Origin: Candidatus Woesebacteria bacterium
GTDB lineage: Bacteria > Patescibacteriota > Microgenomatia > UBA8517
NCBI GenBank assembly: GCA_963716475.1
Contig: OY970314.1
Coordinates: 354,981-418,980, forward strand
Direction: 5' to 3'
DNA: 64,000 nt
Numbering within the stretch: the stretch's first letter is position 1; the number at the start of each line of letters is the position of its first letter. Positions 1 through 9,693 of the stretch are shown piece after piece. The notes below the pieces were generated by a model that was given only the letters and a program-made list of their open reading frames with translations, ran no database searches and was not told the DNA's origin. The position numbers and the translations under genes are program-made.

Positions 1-330
1 ATTTACCGCAGATTGGAAAACACCAGATCTTTTTGAAGTTACATGTATAGAAATTATAGATTCTGCCTCATTTCTTAGCTTTCGATAAGTTTCAACAAAG
101 TTTCCCGGGAGGGCTCCTGTGGTTTGAGGTAGTTTTTCGCCGGATCGCATTTTTTGATAAAATATTTCGGATTCTATAGTATCAGGGTACGGTACATAAT
201 CCTTATTTTCAAAGAATTTAATTTCAAGAGGGACTACGGTTACCTCTAATTCTTTAGCCTCAGGGTTATCTTGTCTTATTGAACACCCGGAATCTGTTAC
301 GACGGCAACGTGCGTATCTCTTTCTTTCAC
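1..330 (-). CDS. DegV family fatty-acid-binding protein, 5' part (runs off the window)
   Basis: Translated by hand from GTG at 330: MKERDTHVAVVTDSGCSI...VTVVPLEI...LPQTTGALPG...SIISIHVTSKRSGVFQSA, matching the DegV motifs (VVTDS, VVPL, SIHxSxxxSG). TTGCTT/TATAAT upstream. Confidence 0.85.
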   Translation of the reverse strand, partial: MKERDTHVAVVTDSGCSIRQDNPEAKELEVTVVPLEIKFFENKDYVPYPDTIESEIFYQKMRSGEKLPQTTGALPGNFVETYRKLRNEAESIISIHVTSKRSGVFQSAVN

Positions 331-361
331 AAATTATTATACAATTCCGAAGCAAACCCTG

Positions 362-435
362 TGGACGCTGGAGGGCTCGAACCCCCGACCTCATTCACGT
401 CAAGAATGCGCTCTAACCAACTGAGCTAAGCGTCC
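362..435 (-). tRNA. tRNA-Val(GAC)
   Basis: Acceptor GGACGCT/AGCGTCC, anticodon arm CATTC-TTGACGT-GAATG, T-loop TTCGAGC. Confidence 0.95.
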
Positions 436-514
436 AAACACATCCGCTTCGTTCAAAGTAACCTAAGCGTCTGAATGATGAAATTATACATTACAAGAGT
501 CTTTTGTTCTAATC

Positions 515-739
515 CTACGGGTTTTGAAGGTCTTTACAAAGATTTGTTTCCTGACAAAAAGCCGTGGTATTTCCACCCGCGTCTGTTTGCACTTTAACTT
601 TAATGGGACGCTCAAGCGAAGACTCCAATGTCGGACAATCAAAATCCAACATCAAAAAATGGCACGTACGAGGGTATTTTTTGATATCAACTTCTTCTCT
701 ATTAAAATTAACACAATTCGTTACAACAAGTCTTTCCAT
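515..739 (-). CDS. Small hypothetical protein (Cys-containing)
   Basis: ATG ORF starting 5 nt after the stop of 745..1371 on the same strand. Confidence 0.5.
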   Translation of the reverse strand: MERLVVTNCVNFNREEVDIKKYPRTCHFLMLDFDCPTLESSLERPIKVKVQTDAGGNTTAFCQETNLCKDLQNP

Positions 740-744
740 AATGT

Positions 745-1371
745 TTATCCGGCAGATCTTTGCAGATAGTGATCAGGAGAAAGTAGAAATGAACTGCCCT
801 TTTTCTTGTACATACTCCAATAGTTTTTCTTTTCGGCACGTGTATTGCAGCTTTGAAGCCAAGTCGCTGTCATGTCTATTCTCTTTCTAAAGGATTGTAA
901 AAATTCGAGAATGCTCTGGAAAAAAGAGATATGGTAAACTCCGGGTTCGATAGGTGCTGTCATCATTGTCACCTGTGTAACTTCAGCAAGATTCTCTGTG
1001 CTTACCGCAACCTTTTGGACTTCTTGCATAATAATCTGAAGTTCGACTCTAAGTTCGTTGGTTTTTTCCTGAGAAACACGCCGTTCATCATTATTCATCT
1101 GCCGTTCCAGTGAAATTTGAGCTCTAAGGTGTTTATTCTCCTCAGACTTTCCCGTCATTACTTCGCTCATTTGAAGAGATTCGCCGGCGGCTATTTCACC
1201 ACTTATTTTTCCCTTTGGCACTGAAAAGCCCATCAATTCCTTAAAGAAGTCTTCAGAGGTATTTTTAAGAAAATCGCCGGTCTGAGAACCTGCTCCTATT
1301 CCCAAATCCTTGAGCGATTCAAGCACATTCCTGGTACGAAGCTGTTGCGTTTTCTTCTTTTGATCTGTCAT
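745..1371 (-). CDS. DUF5660-like conserved CPR protein
   Basis: C-terminal PGVYHISFF...NYWSMYKKKGSSFLLSPDHYLQRSAG resembles DUF5660 (recalled, not searched). Confidence 0.7.
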   Translation of the reverse strand: MTDQKKKTQQLRTRNVLESLKDLGIGAGSQTGDFLKNTSEDFFKELMGFSVPKGKISGEIAAGESLQMSEVMTGKSEENKHLRAQISLERQMNNDERRVSQEKTNELRVELQIIMQEVQKVAVSTENLAEVTQVTMMTAPIEPGVYHISFFQSILEFLQSFRKRIDMTATWLQSCNTRAEKKNYWSMYKKKGSSFLLSPDHYLQRSAG

Positions 1372-1446
1372 TTCGCCAAAAGTTTATAGCAGCAACACTA
1401 AAATTGCAAGTTTTTAGCATGTTAATATTTTAGTTGATGCCGAGGT

Positions 1447-2328
1447 TCACGCCAAGTTAATCAAAAAGTCCAGAGCAGCACGCCTTTTAAGAATTGATTC
1501 TATCAGTCGTTTGCGGCTTTCAATATCTTCCTGGTTGTCCTTATTGTTTAAGTTTGTTGTTTGGGACATTTTCAGAGCCTCATCAATTTCTTTTTGATCA
1601 ATGCTAATAGCCTCAGTTTGAGCGATTTTGGTTAAAACAAGGTCGAGAGTAATAGCGTCTTTTGCCTGATTGGCATAATCTGCCCTGAGGTCTTCTGCTT
1701 TCTTTCCGATCGAAGATAAGTAGCTCTCCAATGCCAATCCTAATTTCTCAAGTCTAGCCAGTAAATTTGAAAGACGGCTGTCCGCCTCTTCCTCAACTAA
1801 AATTCTGGGAATAACGACTTTAACACTATCAAGAAGTGCTTTAATGACAACCTGCTCTTTCTCCTCGCGTGTGGGCACTCTCCTTTCCTCAGGCTTACCT
1901 TTATCTGGCGTCCATAGTGTTGAAGCCCGTGATGCCCCTTCAATTGCCTCCTTGTAGTCGCCCAAGGATACTTCCGGAAGCTCACAAGTAATACCTCTTA
2001 TTTGCCAATTTTCACCCTCTTTGGCATTAATCAATTCAAATTTAGGATAAACTGCAATTTTCAGTTTATTTTCGTTAACAGATTCTGCCAGCGCTTTAGG
2101 GAGAATATGACTCAAAGAGTGCTCAATAAGCTTAGATTGGGGAATTTTTTCTGCAACTTTATCGACAGGAGCCATGCCCTTCCTGAATCCCGGAATTTCG
2201 GTATCCTTTGCAAATTCCTGAATAGTTTCCTCTTCAGCACCTTTTATGATAGAGAAAGGAATTGTAAAAGTTATTTGAATATTACCGTCGCTCTCACGGG
2301 CAATAACTGAGGTTATTTTGTCAGACAT
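1447..2328 (-). CDS. tig: Trigger factor lacking the FKBP/PPIase domain
   Basis: Ribosome-binding motif IPGFRKGMAP plus C-terminal chaperone domain; only 293 aa. Confidence 0.9.
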   Translation of the reverse strand: MSDKITSVIARESDGNIQITFTIPFSIIKGAEEETIQEFAKDTEIPGFRKGMAPVDKVAEKIPQSKLIEHSLSHILPKALAESVNENKLKIAVYPKFELINAKEGENWQIRGITCELPEVSLGDYKEAIEGASRASTLWTPDKGKPEERRVPTREEKEQVVIKALLDSVKVVIPRILVEEEADSRLSNLLARLEKLGLALESYLSSIGKKAEDLRADYANQAKDAITLDLVLTKIAQTEAISIDQKEIDEALKMSQTTNLNNKDNQEDIESRKRLIESILKRRAALDFLINLA

Positions 2329-2343
2329 GGGGATAATTATATA

Positions 2344-2526
2344 CTATTTTCCTCCGCTTGGTCCGCCCTTGTGCTGCGTGTGGAAAGTAGCCTGATTGAA
2401 TTTACCCCTTTGGGCTCCTTTGGGCACAAAACCTTTGTTAGATGAAAAAATGGACGGCTTCCCACCGCCAAAATTTAAAGTAGGGATCCTGGGTATTTCA
2501 GTTGATTTTTTAGTGTTATTTGCCAT
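2344..2526 (-). CDS. Small basic Gly/Lys-rich protein
   Basis: ORF from ATG 2526 (MANNTKK...FHTQHKGGPSGGK) with TATAAT just upstream. Confidence 0.6.
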   Translation of the reverse strand: MANNTKKSTEIPRIPTLNFGGGKPSIFSSNKGFVPKGAQRGKFNQATFHTQHKGGPSGGK

Positions 2527-2639
2527 TTGACTAAGAATATTATATACTATCGCCAGAGTTTTCAAGGGATAGTGAGCTTCAATTTTGAGCTTCGCCTTTG
2601 TTCAGACTTCATATGAGAGGAGGTGAATTTTTAATTTAA

Positions 2640-2900
2640 ATGCAATCTAAACTTTTTGTAGGAAATTTGTCGTGGGAAGTCACGGCAGAAGACCTTAAGG
2701 CCCTTTTTGCAGGTGCTGGAACAGTCGTTGACGCCGCCGTTATAAGCGACAAAATGACCGGAAGAAGCCGTGGATTTGGTTTTGTAACCATGTCAAGCGA
2801 CGAAGAGGCCAAGAAATCTATTGAGATGTTTAATCAGGCAGACCTTAAAGGCCGCAAGATTAATGTCAATATAGCAAGACCCATGGAACCAAGACAGTAA
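2640..2900 (+). CDS. RRM (RNP-1) RNA-binding protein
   Basis: RNP2 LFVGNL, RNP1 RGFGFVTM; strong SD GGAGGTGA. Confidence 0.95.
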   Translation: MQSKLFVGNLSWEVTAEDLKALFAGAGTVVDAAVISDKMTGRSRGFGFVTMSSDEEAKKSIEMFNQADLKGRKINVNIARPMEPRQ

Positions 2901-3006
2901 TAATATTGTCGAAAGTTTCGAAAGATAGTGGTGTGGTATTCGATAAAGGGGTGCCACGCGGATAAAAAAGCTTTATTAATAGCGGATTTTGAAAGAGTAG
3001 CTATCT

Positions 3007-3519
3007 TTATTTAAGGGAGTTTTGTTCCTGGTTATTATTCAGTAGCCTTTTTATTCTTCGTGATTCGCAATTCAGTTGTCTTTTTAAATCTATTTTTTCA
3101 ATGGAAGTGCCACAGTATACGACAACCATAATTCCTTTTGCTTTTGTATAATTGGGGTCAGGTAATATCCCTTTTTTTGGATCACCATTCATAAACAGCG
3201 AAACGTCTTTGCCTGAACTCTTTATTTGAACCGGCAGTTCCGGTAATCCGAATTCCGGTTGAAAAAGAATCCATTTATCTATGCCGTCGTAGACATCTTC
3301 GTCCGGAGTAGAATCTCTAACATTTTTAACAATTCTTAAATGCTTTGCATAATCTGTAAATCTGATTTCAGAGTTATCTCCAACCCTCTGAATAGCTTTA
3401 TGTAGGGCAATTTCACCCGCCCGAATGACATCATCACCTTTTGCTTTACCATCAGTTTCATGTATAAGGTTGAACATGGCATTAAGCTTTTCTTGCGCGA
3501 ACACACCTCTTTCTTTCAT
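3007..3519 (-). CDS. Hypothetical protein, possible PD-(D/E)XK-like nuclease fold
   Basis: E...DGID...VQIKSS pattern. Confidence 0.5.
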   Translation of the reverse strand: MKERGVFAQEKLNAMFNLIHETDGKAKGDDVIRAGEIALHKAIQRVGDNSEIRFTDYAKHLRIVKNVRDSTPDEDVYDGIDKWILFQPEFGLPELPVQIKSSGKDVSLFMNGDPKKGILPDPNYTKAKGIMVVVYCGTSIEKIDLKRQLNCESRRIKRLLNNNQEQNSLK

Positions 3520-3534
3520 TAAAGTTATCGGATT

Positions 3535-4539
3535 CTACCTTAATTTAGATTTGAAGAAAAGAAGAGAGTTTTCAACTGCCTGGTTCCAGGACGGAACAAG
3601 ATTATGATTAGCTCCGGGGTATTTAATGTATGAAATATCGATTTTATCCGTTTTTAGAGTTTTGAAGAGATCATCACTCCACCAGTAAGGGACAGATGTG
3701 TCGGCTGTGCCTTGGTTAAGCTGAATTGAAGCCTTAATTTTGTCAAAATAGCCCGTAGGTGAAAATATTGAAGCATCATATGTGTCATTAAATTCTGCAA
3801 GTTTCCCAACTATAAGTTTTCCGCCGTCATCAGCCTCATCCAAGTATGCAAGTATTGAAAAAGGAAATGGTTTACTTACCGGAGCCCAAAGGACAGTGGG
3901 GTAGTTAACTCCAGATATTTCGAGTGTTGTTATGGCAATCTGGCCGCCGTTACTGTGTCCCCATATAAATATGTTCTTTCCGTCCCACTCTTTTATGGAA
4001 GTAACAGATTTTAGTGTGATAGCCGCTGTTACGGAGGTTTGAAAACGTGATTCAAAGATGTCCCCCGCCTCCGTATCGCTATCCCCGTATCCCAAAAAGT
4101 CCGGTGCAACGGTAATAAATCCGTTCTGTGCAAAAACTGCTGCAGAAGGAGCAGTCCCCTCCCCGATTACATATTGCTTTTGATCGACATAGCCACGATA
4201 CATCACTATTACAGGAAATAGTCCCGTACCTTTTGGAATATTTATCATTCCTGAAGTTGTTTTTAGATTTTCTGAAAAATCAGGACTAAATTTCATTGTA
4301 TATTCAAAAGAAGTGTATTTAGGATCATCTTTCAGAATTTTGCCAATTTCTATAATTGACGATTTAAATGCAGACGTAGAGAGATTTTCGATAGTGTATT
4401 TAAGAAGCGGTGTTGGCTTAATTTGGGAAATTGGATTTGAATTTTTGGGGAGGTGATAGGCTGTATTGGCAAACCAGCCGATAAAAATGAAAATGACAGC
4501 AATTAAAAAATAGTAAAAAAAAATCTTAAAGTTGGACAT
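3535..4539 (-). CDS. Membrane-anchored alpha/beta hydrolase (S9-like)
   Basis: GHSNGG nucleophile elbow, GTADTSV, GANH; N-terminal TM. Confidence 0.9.
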   Translation of the reverse strand: MSNFKIFFYYFLIAVIFIFIGWFANTAYHLPKNSNPISQIKPTPLLKYTIENLSTSAFKSSIIEIGKILKDDPKYTSFEYTMKFSPDFSENLKTTSGMINIPKGTGLFPVIVMYRGYVDQKQYVIGEGTAPSAAVFAQNGFITVAPDFLGYGDSDTEAGDIFESRFQTSVTAAITLKSVTSIKEWDGKNIFIWGHSNGGQIAITTLEISGVNYPTVLWAPVSKPFPFSILAYLDEADDGGKLIVGKLAEFNDTYDASIFSPTGYFDKIKASIQLNQGTADTSVPYWWSDDLFKTLKTDKIDISYIKYPGANHNLVPSWNQAVENSLLFFKSKLR

Positions 4540-4870
4540 CTATTTTTTTGCGATAAAATATTTTTCTGGCAGTCGGGCTTTGAGTAGTAAGACCTTGAAT
4601 AATTCCACCCATAAGAGCTCCTCGTGTAATCCAGGAGTCGAGGATTCCTCCCGTAACAAAAATTGAAATGCAAAGCAAGATCGATAAATTAAACCAGTGG
4701 TGAAAATGTATTACTCTGCCTTTTATAAAAATCCTAAGACTCGGGAAGATCTGGAACCACCTCACTCTTATTTGTGGTAAGTTTTTCCACACCCTTGAAT
4801 TGGGGTGACTAAAAATATTCCACATCTTGTAACTAATAGGAGTCACGATTGCGATATATAAGAATGGCAT
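4526..4870 (-). CDS. Small membrane protein
   Basis: Hydrophobic ORF with HFHHW motif, overlapping the start of the next gene. Confidence 0.65.
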   Translation of the reverse strand: MPFLYIAIVTPISYKMWNIFSHPNSRVWKNLPQIRVRWFQIFPSLRIFIKGRVIHFHHWFNLSILLCISIFVTGGILDSWITRGALMGGIIQGLTTQSPTARKIFYRKKIDVQL

Positions 4871-4943
4871 GTATTAACTTTAGCACAAAATAGTAATTTA
4901 AATTTGACACGTCGGTCAGTAGATGATATTTTTCAGATAAGTT

Positions 4944-5141
4944 ATGAATGAAGAGCGCAACAAGTTCGGAGGATGGGAGCCGACAGGAAAACCTGGAGAA
5001 TATAGAGCCAGTATGATTACGGGTCCGGCTACCCCTGATTTTGAAAATTTTGCGGAACAATCAAGAGCCAGGTGGGATGTTGGTGAATGGGTAAAGGTGA
5101 AATTAAAACAACTTTTAGATAAAAGGACTCCAGCAAAGTAA
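4944..5141 (+). CDS. Small hypothetical protein
   Basis: ATG ORF preceded by TTGACA and a -10-like site. Confidence 0.5.
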   Translation: MNEERNKFGGWEPTGKPGEYRASMITGPATPDFENFAEQSRARWDVGEWVKVKLKQLLDKRTPAK

Positions 5142-5145
5142 GTAC

Positions 5146-5176
5146 TTGACTTCGTATTTTATTCGGGTGTACAAGT
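5146..5176 (+). promoter_or_regulatory. dinB operon promoter with candidate LexA box TTCG-N7-TTCG (5151-5165)
   Basis: TTGACT followed by TTCGtattttaTTCG; the same direct repeat occurs in the lexA promoter. Confidence 0.7.
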
Positions 5177-5180
5177 AAGT

Positions 5181-5414
5181 ATGACAGAGGTAATCGATGA
5201 AAAAGTGGAAGTCGGAATGAGTGACTCTCCAAAGTGGGTTAAATGGAAAAACCGTATCCATCAAATCGACAAAGTGGGGCTTCATTACACCTTTCGGGAA
5301 GGTAGGATTCTCTACCACGTATTCTCTGTTTCAACAAAAACCTTGGCAATGAAACTTCAATTTGATACAGAGACTTTAGGATGGCGTCTTATGGAGGTTG
5401 CCGATGGAATTTAA
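5181..5414 (+). CDS. Small dinB-associated protein
   Basis: 77 aa ORF overlapping the dinB start; predicted beta-rich. Confidence 0.75.
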   Translation: MTEVIDEKVEVGMSDSPKWVKWKNRIHQIDKVGLHYTFREGRILYHVFSVSTKTLAMKLQFDTETLGWRLMEVADGI

Positions 5415-6651
5415 TTCGAGTCCCTCCTATATCATGCATATTGATCTTAATTCCTGCTTTGCGACTATCGAGCAGCAGGCTAACCCCTTCTTGCGTGGAA
5501 AACCCGTCGCCGTTGCGGCTTTTACTTCCCCCGGGGGCTGCATTCTGGCGGCATCGGTCGAGGCCAAAAAGTTGGGAATAAAAACGGGAATGAGAGTCAG
5601 AGACGGACGTGCAATTTTCCCAAAACTTGTAGTTCTTCCATCCGATCCCTGGAAATACCGTAACGTTCACCTGAAACTCCGGAGGTTAATTTCCGATTAC
5701 ACAAACGATTTTGTACCCAAGAGTATCGACGAGTTTGTTTTGAATGTGGAAGGCTACCCGAAGTTAAAATCGGAAAGTATAAGTCAGGCGGCAGGCGAAA
5801 TTAAGCAAAGGATAAAAAGCGAGATTGGTGAATGGCTCACCGTATCTATCGGAATTGCCACCAATAGATACTTGGCAAAAATTGCAGCCGGACTTCATAA
5901 ACCCGACGGGCTCGATGAAATAAATAAGGGTAATTTCCTGGATATATACTCCAAGCTGAAACTGACCGACCTAACCGGTATAAAAGTGCGGAATGCCGCC
6001 AGACTCAACGGAATGGGAATCTATTCGGTTCTCGATTTTTACCGGGCGCCGATTTGGAGGCTAAGGGCCGCTTTCCATTCAATTACCGGTCTTTATTGGC
6101 ACACACGCCTCTCAGGATACGAGGTTGATAATATTGAATTCGGTAGAAGAAGCTACGGCAATTCGGTAGCCTTAGGTAAAAGTCTAAGTAAAATTGAGGA
6201 GCTTTCACCCATACTTGCCAGACTCACGGAGAAGATGTGTAGCAGGCTGAGAGGGGCGGGATACAAGGCAAGCGGTATTCACTTGATGCTGACCTTTAAA
6301 AACGGCTCCTGGTGGCACAGGGGCAGGCTTCTTGCCCAGCCTTACTTTGACTCAAGGGACTTTTATAAGGCCGCTTTCAGACTTCTTATCGAGGCTGATC
6401 CGGATTCTCCTGTTCTTAATATTGCGGTTTCCTGTTTTGGCCTGACAAGAGCAAACTCTCTTCAGCTTAATTTTTTTGAGAATATCGGGGAAAAACAGAA
6501 TCTTACCCTGGCTGTTGACGATATAAATGGGAGATGGGGAGGATTCACGGTGGGAAGCGCCAGAAGCTTCGGCGGGGCCAAAATGGTAATGGACAGAATT
6601 GCGTTCGGAGGAATCAAGGAGTTGGAAGAATTCAGCCTAAATACCGGATAG
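5404..6651 (+). CDS. dinB: Y-family DNA polymerase IV
   Basis: HIDLNSCFA, SIDE, SIGIATNRYLAKIA, KPDG motifs. Confidence 0.95.
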   Translation: MEFNSSPSYIMHIDLNSCFATIEQQANPFLRGKPVAVAAFTSPGGCILAASVEAKKLGIKTGMRVRDGRAIFPKLVVLPSDPWKYRNVHLKLRRLISDYTNDFVPKSIDEFVLNVEGYPKLKSESISQAAGEIKQRIKSEIGEWLTVSIGIATNRYLAKIAAGLHKPDGLDEINKGNFLDIYSKLKLTDLTGIKVRNAARLNGMGIYSVLDFYRAPIWRLRAAFHSITGLYWHTRLSGYEVDNIEFGRRSYGNSVALGKSLSKIEELSPILARLTEKMCSRLRGAGYKASGIHLMLTFKNGSWWHRGRLLAQPYFDSRDFYKAAFRLLIEADPDSPVLNIAVSCFGLTRANSLQLNFFENIGEKQNLTLAVDDINGRWGGFTVGSARSFGGAKMVMDRIAFGGIKELEEFSLNTG

Positions 6652-7143
6652 ATCTACATTGTCACCCGCTTTTATTTTATTTTGATCGGAAAAACCGGCG
6701 TTCACTTCAAGTACATAGTCTATGGGGCCGCCGGCAGAATACGTTTTTAAACTGTTGTCGGAAGTCCCCGGGGTAGGAAAAGGAATATTTTTATCAATGC
6801 GCACAATTTTGCCGTTCCCGATCCAAATCATATCCAATGGAATAAGCATATCTTTCATCCAAAAAAGAGGGCTCACTCCTTTTGTGTCAAAGATAAAAAG
6901 CATACCGCTGTCGGCTTTGAGAGAGGATACGCCTGAAAGACCCTGAGCTCTTTTTGCTTCCGTGTCGGCAATCTGTACACTAATTTTTTTTGTGCCAATA
7001 GTTATAGTCTTTTCGGAAGACGCCGTTGGTTGCGGCATGGATAAACCAGAGAACCCCAGAGGGAATGATTTTTGCGTGAATACGCCGACAACTACAAGGA
7101 AGGCGATAACTCCCAATATCGGAAGAACAACCTTTTTAAACAT
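6637..7143 (-). CDS. DUF192 family protein
   Basis: ADT...RAQGL...GMLFIF...FWMKDMLIPLDMIW...YVLEVNAG. Confidence 0.9.
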   Translation of the reverse strand: MFKKVVLPILGVIAFLVVVGVFTQKSFPLGFSGLSMPQPTASSEKTITIGTKKISVQIADTEAKRAQGLSGVSSLKADSGMLFIFDTKGVSPLFWMKDMLIPLDMIWIGNGKIVRIDKNIPFPTPGTSDNSLKTYSAGGPIDYVLEVNAGFSDQNKIKAGDNVDLSGI

Positions 7144-7258
7144 ACCTAAGGAATATTGCCAAGACTGCGAAGAATACCAAAATAGGAATTATCATAAACA
7201 GAACATTGTCGAGGGTAGACCTTGTCATTTTATGAATATGGATAATCTTGGCCTCCAT
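7136..7258 (-). CDS. 40-aa single-TM protein (absent from the ORF track)
   Basis: MEAKIIHIHKMTRSTLDNVLFMIIPILVFFAVLAIFLRYV*, overlapping the DUF192 start. Confidence 0.5.
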   Translation of the reverse strand: MEAKIIHIHKMTRSTLDNVLFMIIPILVFFAVLAIFLRYV

Positions 7259-7356
7259 ATATTTATATTATCACAAAAACGTTTTCCGTGAAAAATATCA
7301 AACTAAAACTTTACTTATCACTTCTATGCCTATAGAATGATAATGGCTTCTAATTT

Positions 7357-8865
7357 ATGAAAATTAAGTTAATAAATTTAGTGCCAGTATTAGCTTTGGT
7401 TGCAATACTTCCGGTGTTAGTTTTAGCCTCTCTACGTAAGCAAATATTTAACCCCAGAGCTGATCAAGGGGTCCCTTGGGGAACAGCTACAGCAAGTTCA
7501 CAATTAGCAAACTGGGAACCATATAAAGCAATAAACGGAAACGAAGGTGATGCTTATTCAAGCCAAGCCACTTCACGACCTGATAGTGTTCAGTGGTGGC
7601 AAGTCGCGATTGCCAGTCCGGTGACAATTCATAAAATTCGGATAAAGCCAAGAGTTTCCGACTCAAAAGTGTATGCCTTTCCTGTAAATTTTCAACTTCA
7701 GTACAGCACAGATAAGGGTAAAAATTTTGTCGCTATTCCGGGCCAATCATTTACTAATTATCCTGTGACAAGCGAATGGCAAGACTTTTTCTTTAATCCC
7801 ATTCCCAACGTAACAAATGTACGTATTTATGCGACTCGTCTAAACCCGGACAATTATGGGAATTATTACCTACAATTTGCTGAGGTTTTCTTGCAGGGGC
7901 CAGGTGCAAATCAATTTTCTGAATCCGTGAAGGTACTTGATAGGCCGGATGCTTGGGATTATGCACCAAGCGTACTTACATTTAACAATGATCCCATGAA
8001 AGCTCATATACTTTGGTGTACAACATCTAATACAAATAACAGGGAAAGTGACTCTATATATTATTCGGTCTTTGACATGAAAACTAAAAAACTTGTAAAA
8101 GACCCTGTCCGTGTACTAATCCCCAGTGCGCCTCCGGCGTGGGACAGTTATCATAACTGTGACCCGTCTGTTATCGGAGGACAATTTTCTTATAAGAGTT
8201 CTGTTTACAATTACGCAATGTATTATACCGGAACGGACGATATCGGTTCCAAGGCAAGAATAGGGGTGGCTTTTTCTAATGATTTAGTCAATTGGATAAA
8301 GTATCCAAACCCTGTTATTTCCCCCGATAGTTTAAGTACTTCCAGCTACGGTGCCGGTCAAACTTCTGTACATAGCGAAAATGGTAAATCCACTCTTACG
8401 GTTTTTTATAATGACATTACGAACGGGGTCAAAAAGATATATTACAGAACAACGACCGATGGCGTCACATTTTCAGATAGGACAGAAATCAGCACTAAAG
8501 GAATTCCCAACCTCTTAATGATCGATGCGAATAGTTTTGCTTACGATTATATAGATAATGTTTGGTATATGGTTGGCGGATTAAACAATCAATCTAAGCC
8601 GTGTCCAAAAAATCCCAAAGTCTTCGATCACATGGAAATTAATGTGTATACAAATGATAATCTCAAAAACGGAACATGGAAATTGAAAGGCACGCTTACG
8701 AATCCGGAGAGTAGCAATATGGATCATAATCCTTCATTTGTTACCGATGTATATGGAAATTTATCACCTTTTAAAACACAATTACCTATATTTTTCGGGC
8801 GTGGAGGATGCGGACTAGAAGATATTAAAACCTGGTCTCTCTGGATGGCCTCCGGATCTTTCTGA
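7357..8865 (+). CDS. Secreted F5/8 type C (discoidin) domain plus five-bladed beta-propeller glycoside hydrolase
   Basis: N-terminal TM; ATASS...AING...WWQV...FAEV discoidin pattern; YAPS, CDPSVI, YAMYYTG, IGVAFSNDLVNW propeller repeats. Confidence 0.8.
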   Translation: MKIKLINLVPVLALVAILPVLVLASLRKQIFNPRADQGVPWGTATASSQLANWEPYKAINGNEGDAYSSQATSRPDSVQWWQVAIASPVTIHKIRIKPRVSDSKVYAFPVNFQLQYSTDKGKNFVAIPGQSFTNYPVTSEWQDFFFNPIPNVTNVRIYATRLNPDNYGNYYLQFAEVFLQGPGANQFSESVKVLDRPDAWDYAPSVLTFNNDPMKAHILWCTTSNTNNRESDSIYYSVFDMKTKKLVKDPVRVLIPSAPPAWDSYHNCDPSVIGGQFSYKSSVYNYAMYYTGTDDIGSKARIGVAFSNDLVNWIKYPNPVISPDSLSTSSYGAGQTSVHSENGKSTLTVFYNDITNGVKKIYYRTTTDGVTFSDRTEISTKGIPNLLMIDANSFAYDYIDNVWYMVGGLNNQSKPCPKNPKVFDHMEINVYTNDNLKNGTWKLKGTLTNPESSNMDHNPSFVTDVYGNLSPFKTQLPIFFGRGGCGLEDIKTWSLWMASGSF

Positions 8866-8873
8866 GGGACCTG

Positions 8874-8957
8874 TGCCGGGGACAGGAATCGAACCTGCAC
8901 GCCTTTAAGGGGCACTAGGTCCTAAACCTAGCGTGTATACCGTTTCACCACCCCGGC
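8874..8957 (-). tRNA. tRNA-Leu(TAG)
   Basis: Anticodon arm CTAGG-TTTAGGA-CCTAG, long variable arm, TTCGATT. Confidence 0.95.
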
Positions 8958-8962
8958 CTAGG

Positions 8963-9487
8963 TTAGATTATATCAAAGTTTAGAGGTAGTGAATCGATTT
9001 TTCTGACAAAAAATTTAACCCCGCTTCCCCAGGTAGTAGAGGGCGGAGCATACCTTTTAGCAATTTTTGCAATCGTGGGTGCACCTTTATCGATATAAGA
9101 ATATTTTATCGTTTTAGAAACATGAGAAATTGAATCCTCCCAGGAGGTAAAACTGTAATTTCCGTTAGCCCAACCATATGCGTTGTAGGAATTAGCGGGA
9201 ATATTCTTGCCGAAAGTTGATTCCACGCCGGAAATTGATGGTACTAGTCTGTAATCAAGACCGTTTTCATCTGCATAGACTACAAAATCTTCCGCATATT
9301 CGGAAAGGGGGGAGTTGTATTTTTCCAGGAAAATCCTGAGATTTTCCACACGGTAATCAAATCCGAAATCTTCTCCCTCGCTCTTTAAAGAGGCAGAATG
9401 ATCGGATAAGGTTTGAGCATTAACTCTAACTGTGCCTGTAAAGACTAAGATGGCTGTTATTAAGATATAAAGTATTAGTTTATTCAT
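8963..9487 (-). CDS. Secreted lysozyme-like (glucosaminidase/transglycosylase-like) protein
   Basis: Signal peptide from MNKL; YNSPL...DYRLVPSISGVES..G...YNAYGW. Confidence 0.75.
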   Translation of the reverse strand: MNKLILYILITAILVFTGTVRVNAQTLSDHSASLKSEGEDFGFDYRVENLRIFLEKYNSPLSEYAEDFVVYADENGLDYRLVPSISGVESTFGKNIPANSYNAYGWANGNYSFTSWEDSISHVSKTIKYSYIDKGAPTIAKIAKRYAPPSTTWGSGVKFFVRKIDSLPLNFDII

Positions 9488-9497
9488 AACCGTTTGT

Positions 9498-9529
9498 AAA
9501 AAGAAGGCCCGTCTATAAATAGACGGGCC
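9498..9529 (-). terminator. Intrinsic terminator inside the 5' leader of 8963..9487
   Basis: GGCCCGTCTA-ttta-TAGACGGGCC followed by TTCTTTTT on the minus strand. Confidence 0.75.
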
Positions 9530-9588
9530 AAATATGTATTCCAACGCCGAAGTCATGTTTCCATGCTTAAGCCTCAGAATGTGCGCGT

Positions 9589-9617
9589 ACTATAGCATAG
9601 AATTATAAGATAGTCAA
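9589..9617 (-). promoter_or_regulatory. Sigma70-type promoter
   Basis: TTGACT-17 nt-TATAGT with TGn extension. Confidence 0.75.
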
Positions 9618-9693
9618 GTATTATGGGCTTGAAAGTTGACTACTTTAGTAGTTCTGGCTTTAGGATATAAAACAATGAAGGATAAAAGAGGTA

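Noticed and set aside
1447-2328. Short tig (and short uvrC) as pseudogenes
   Set aside because: Intact frames with clean whole-domain loss, consistent with genome streamlining.
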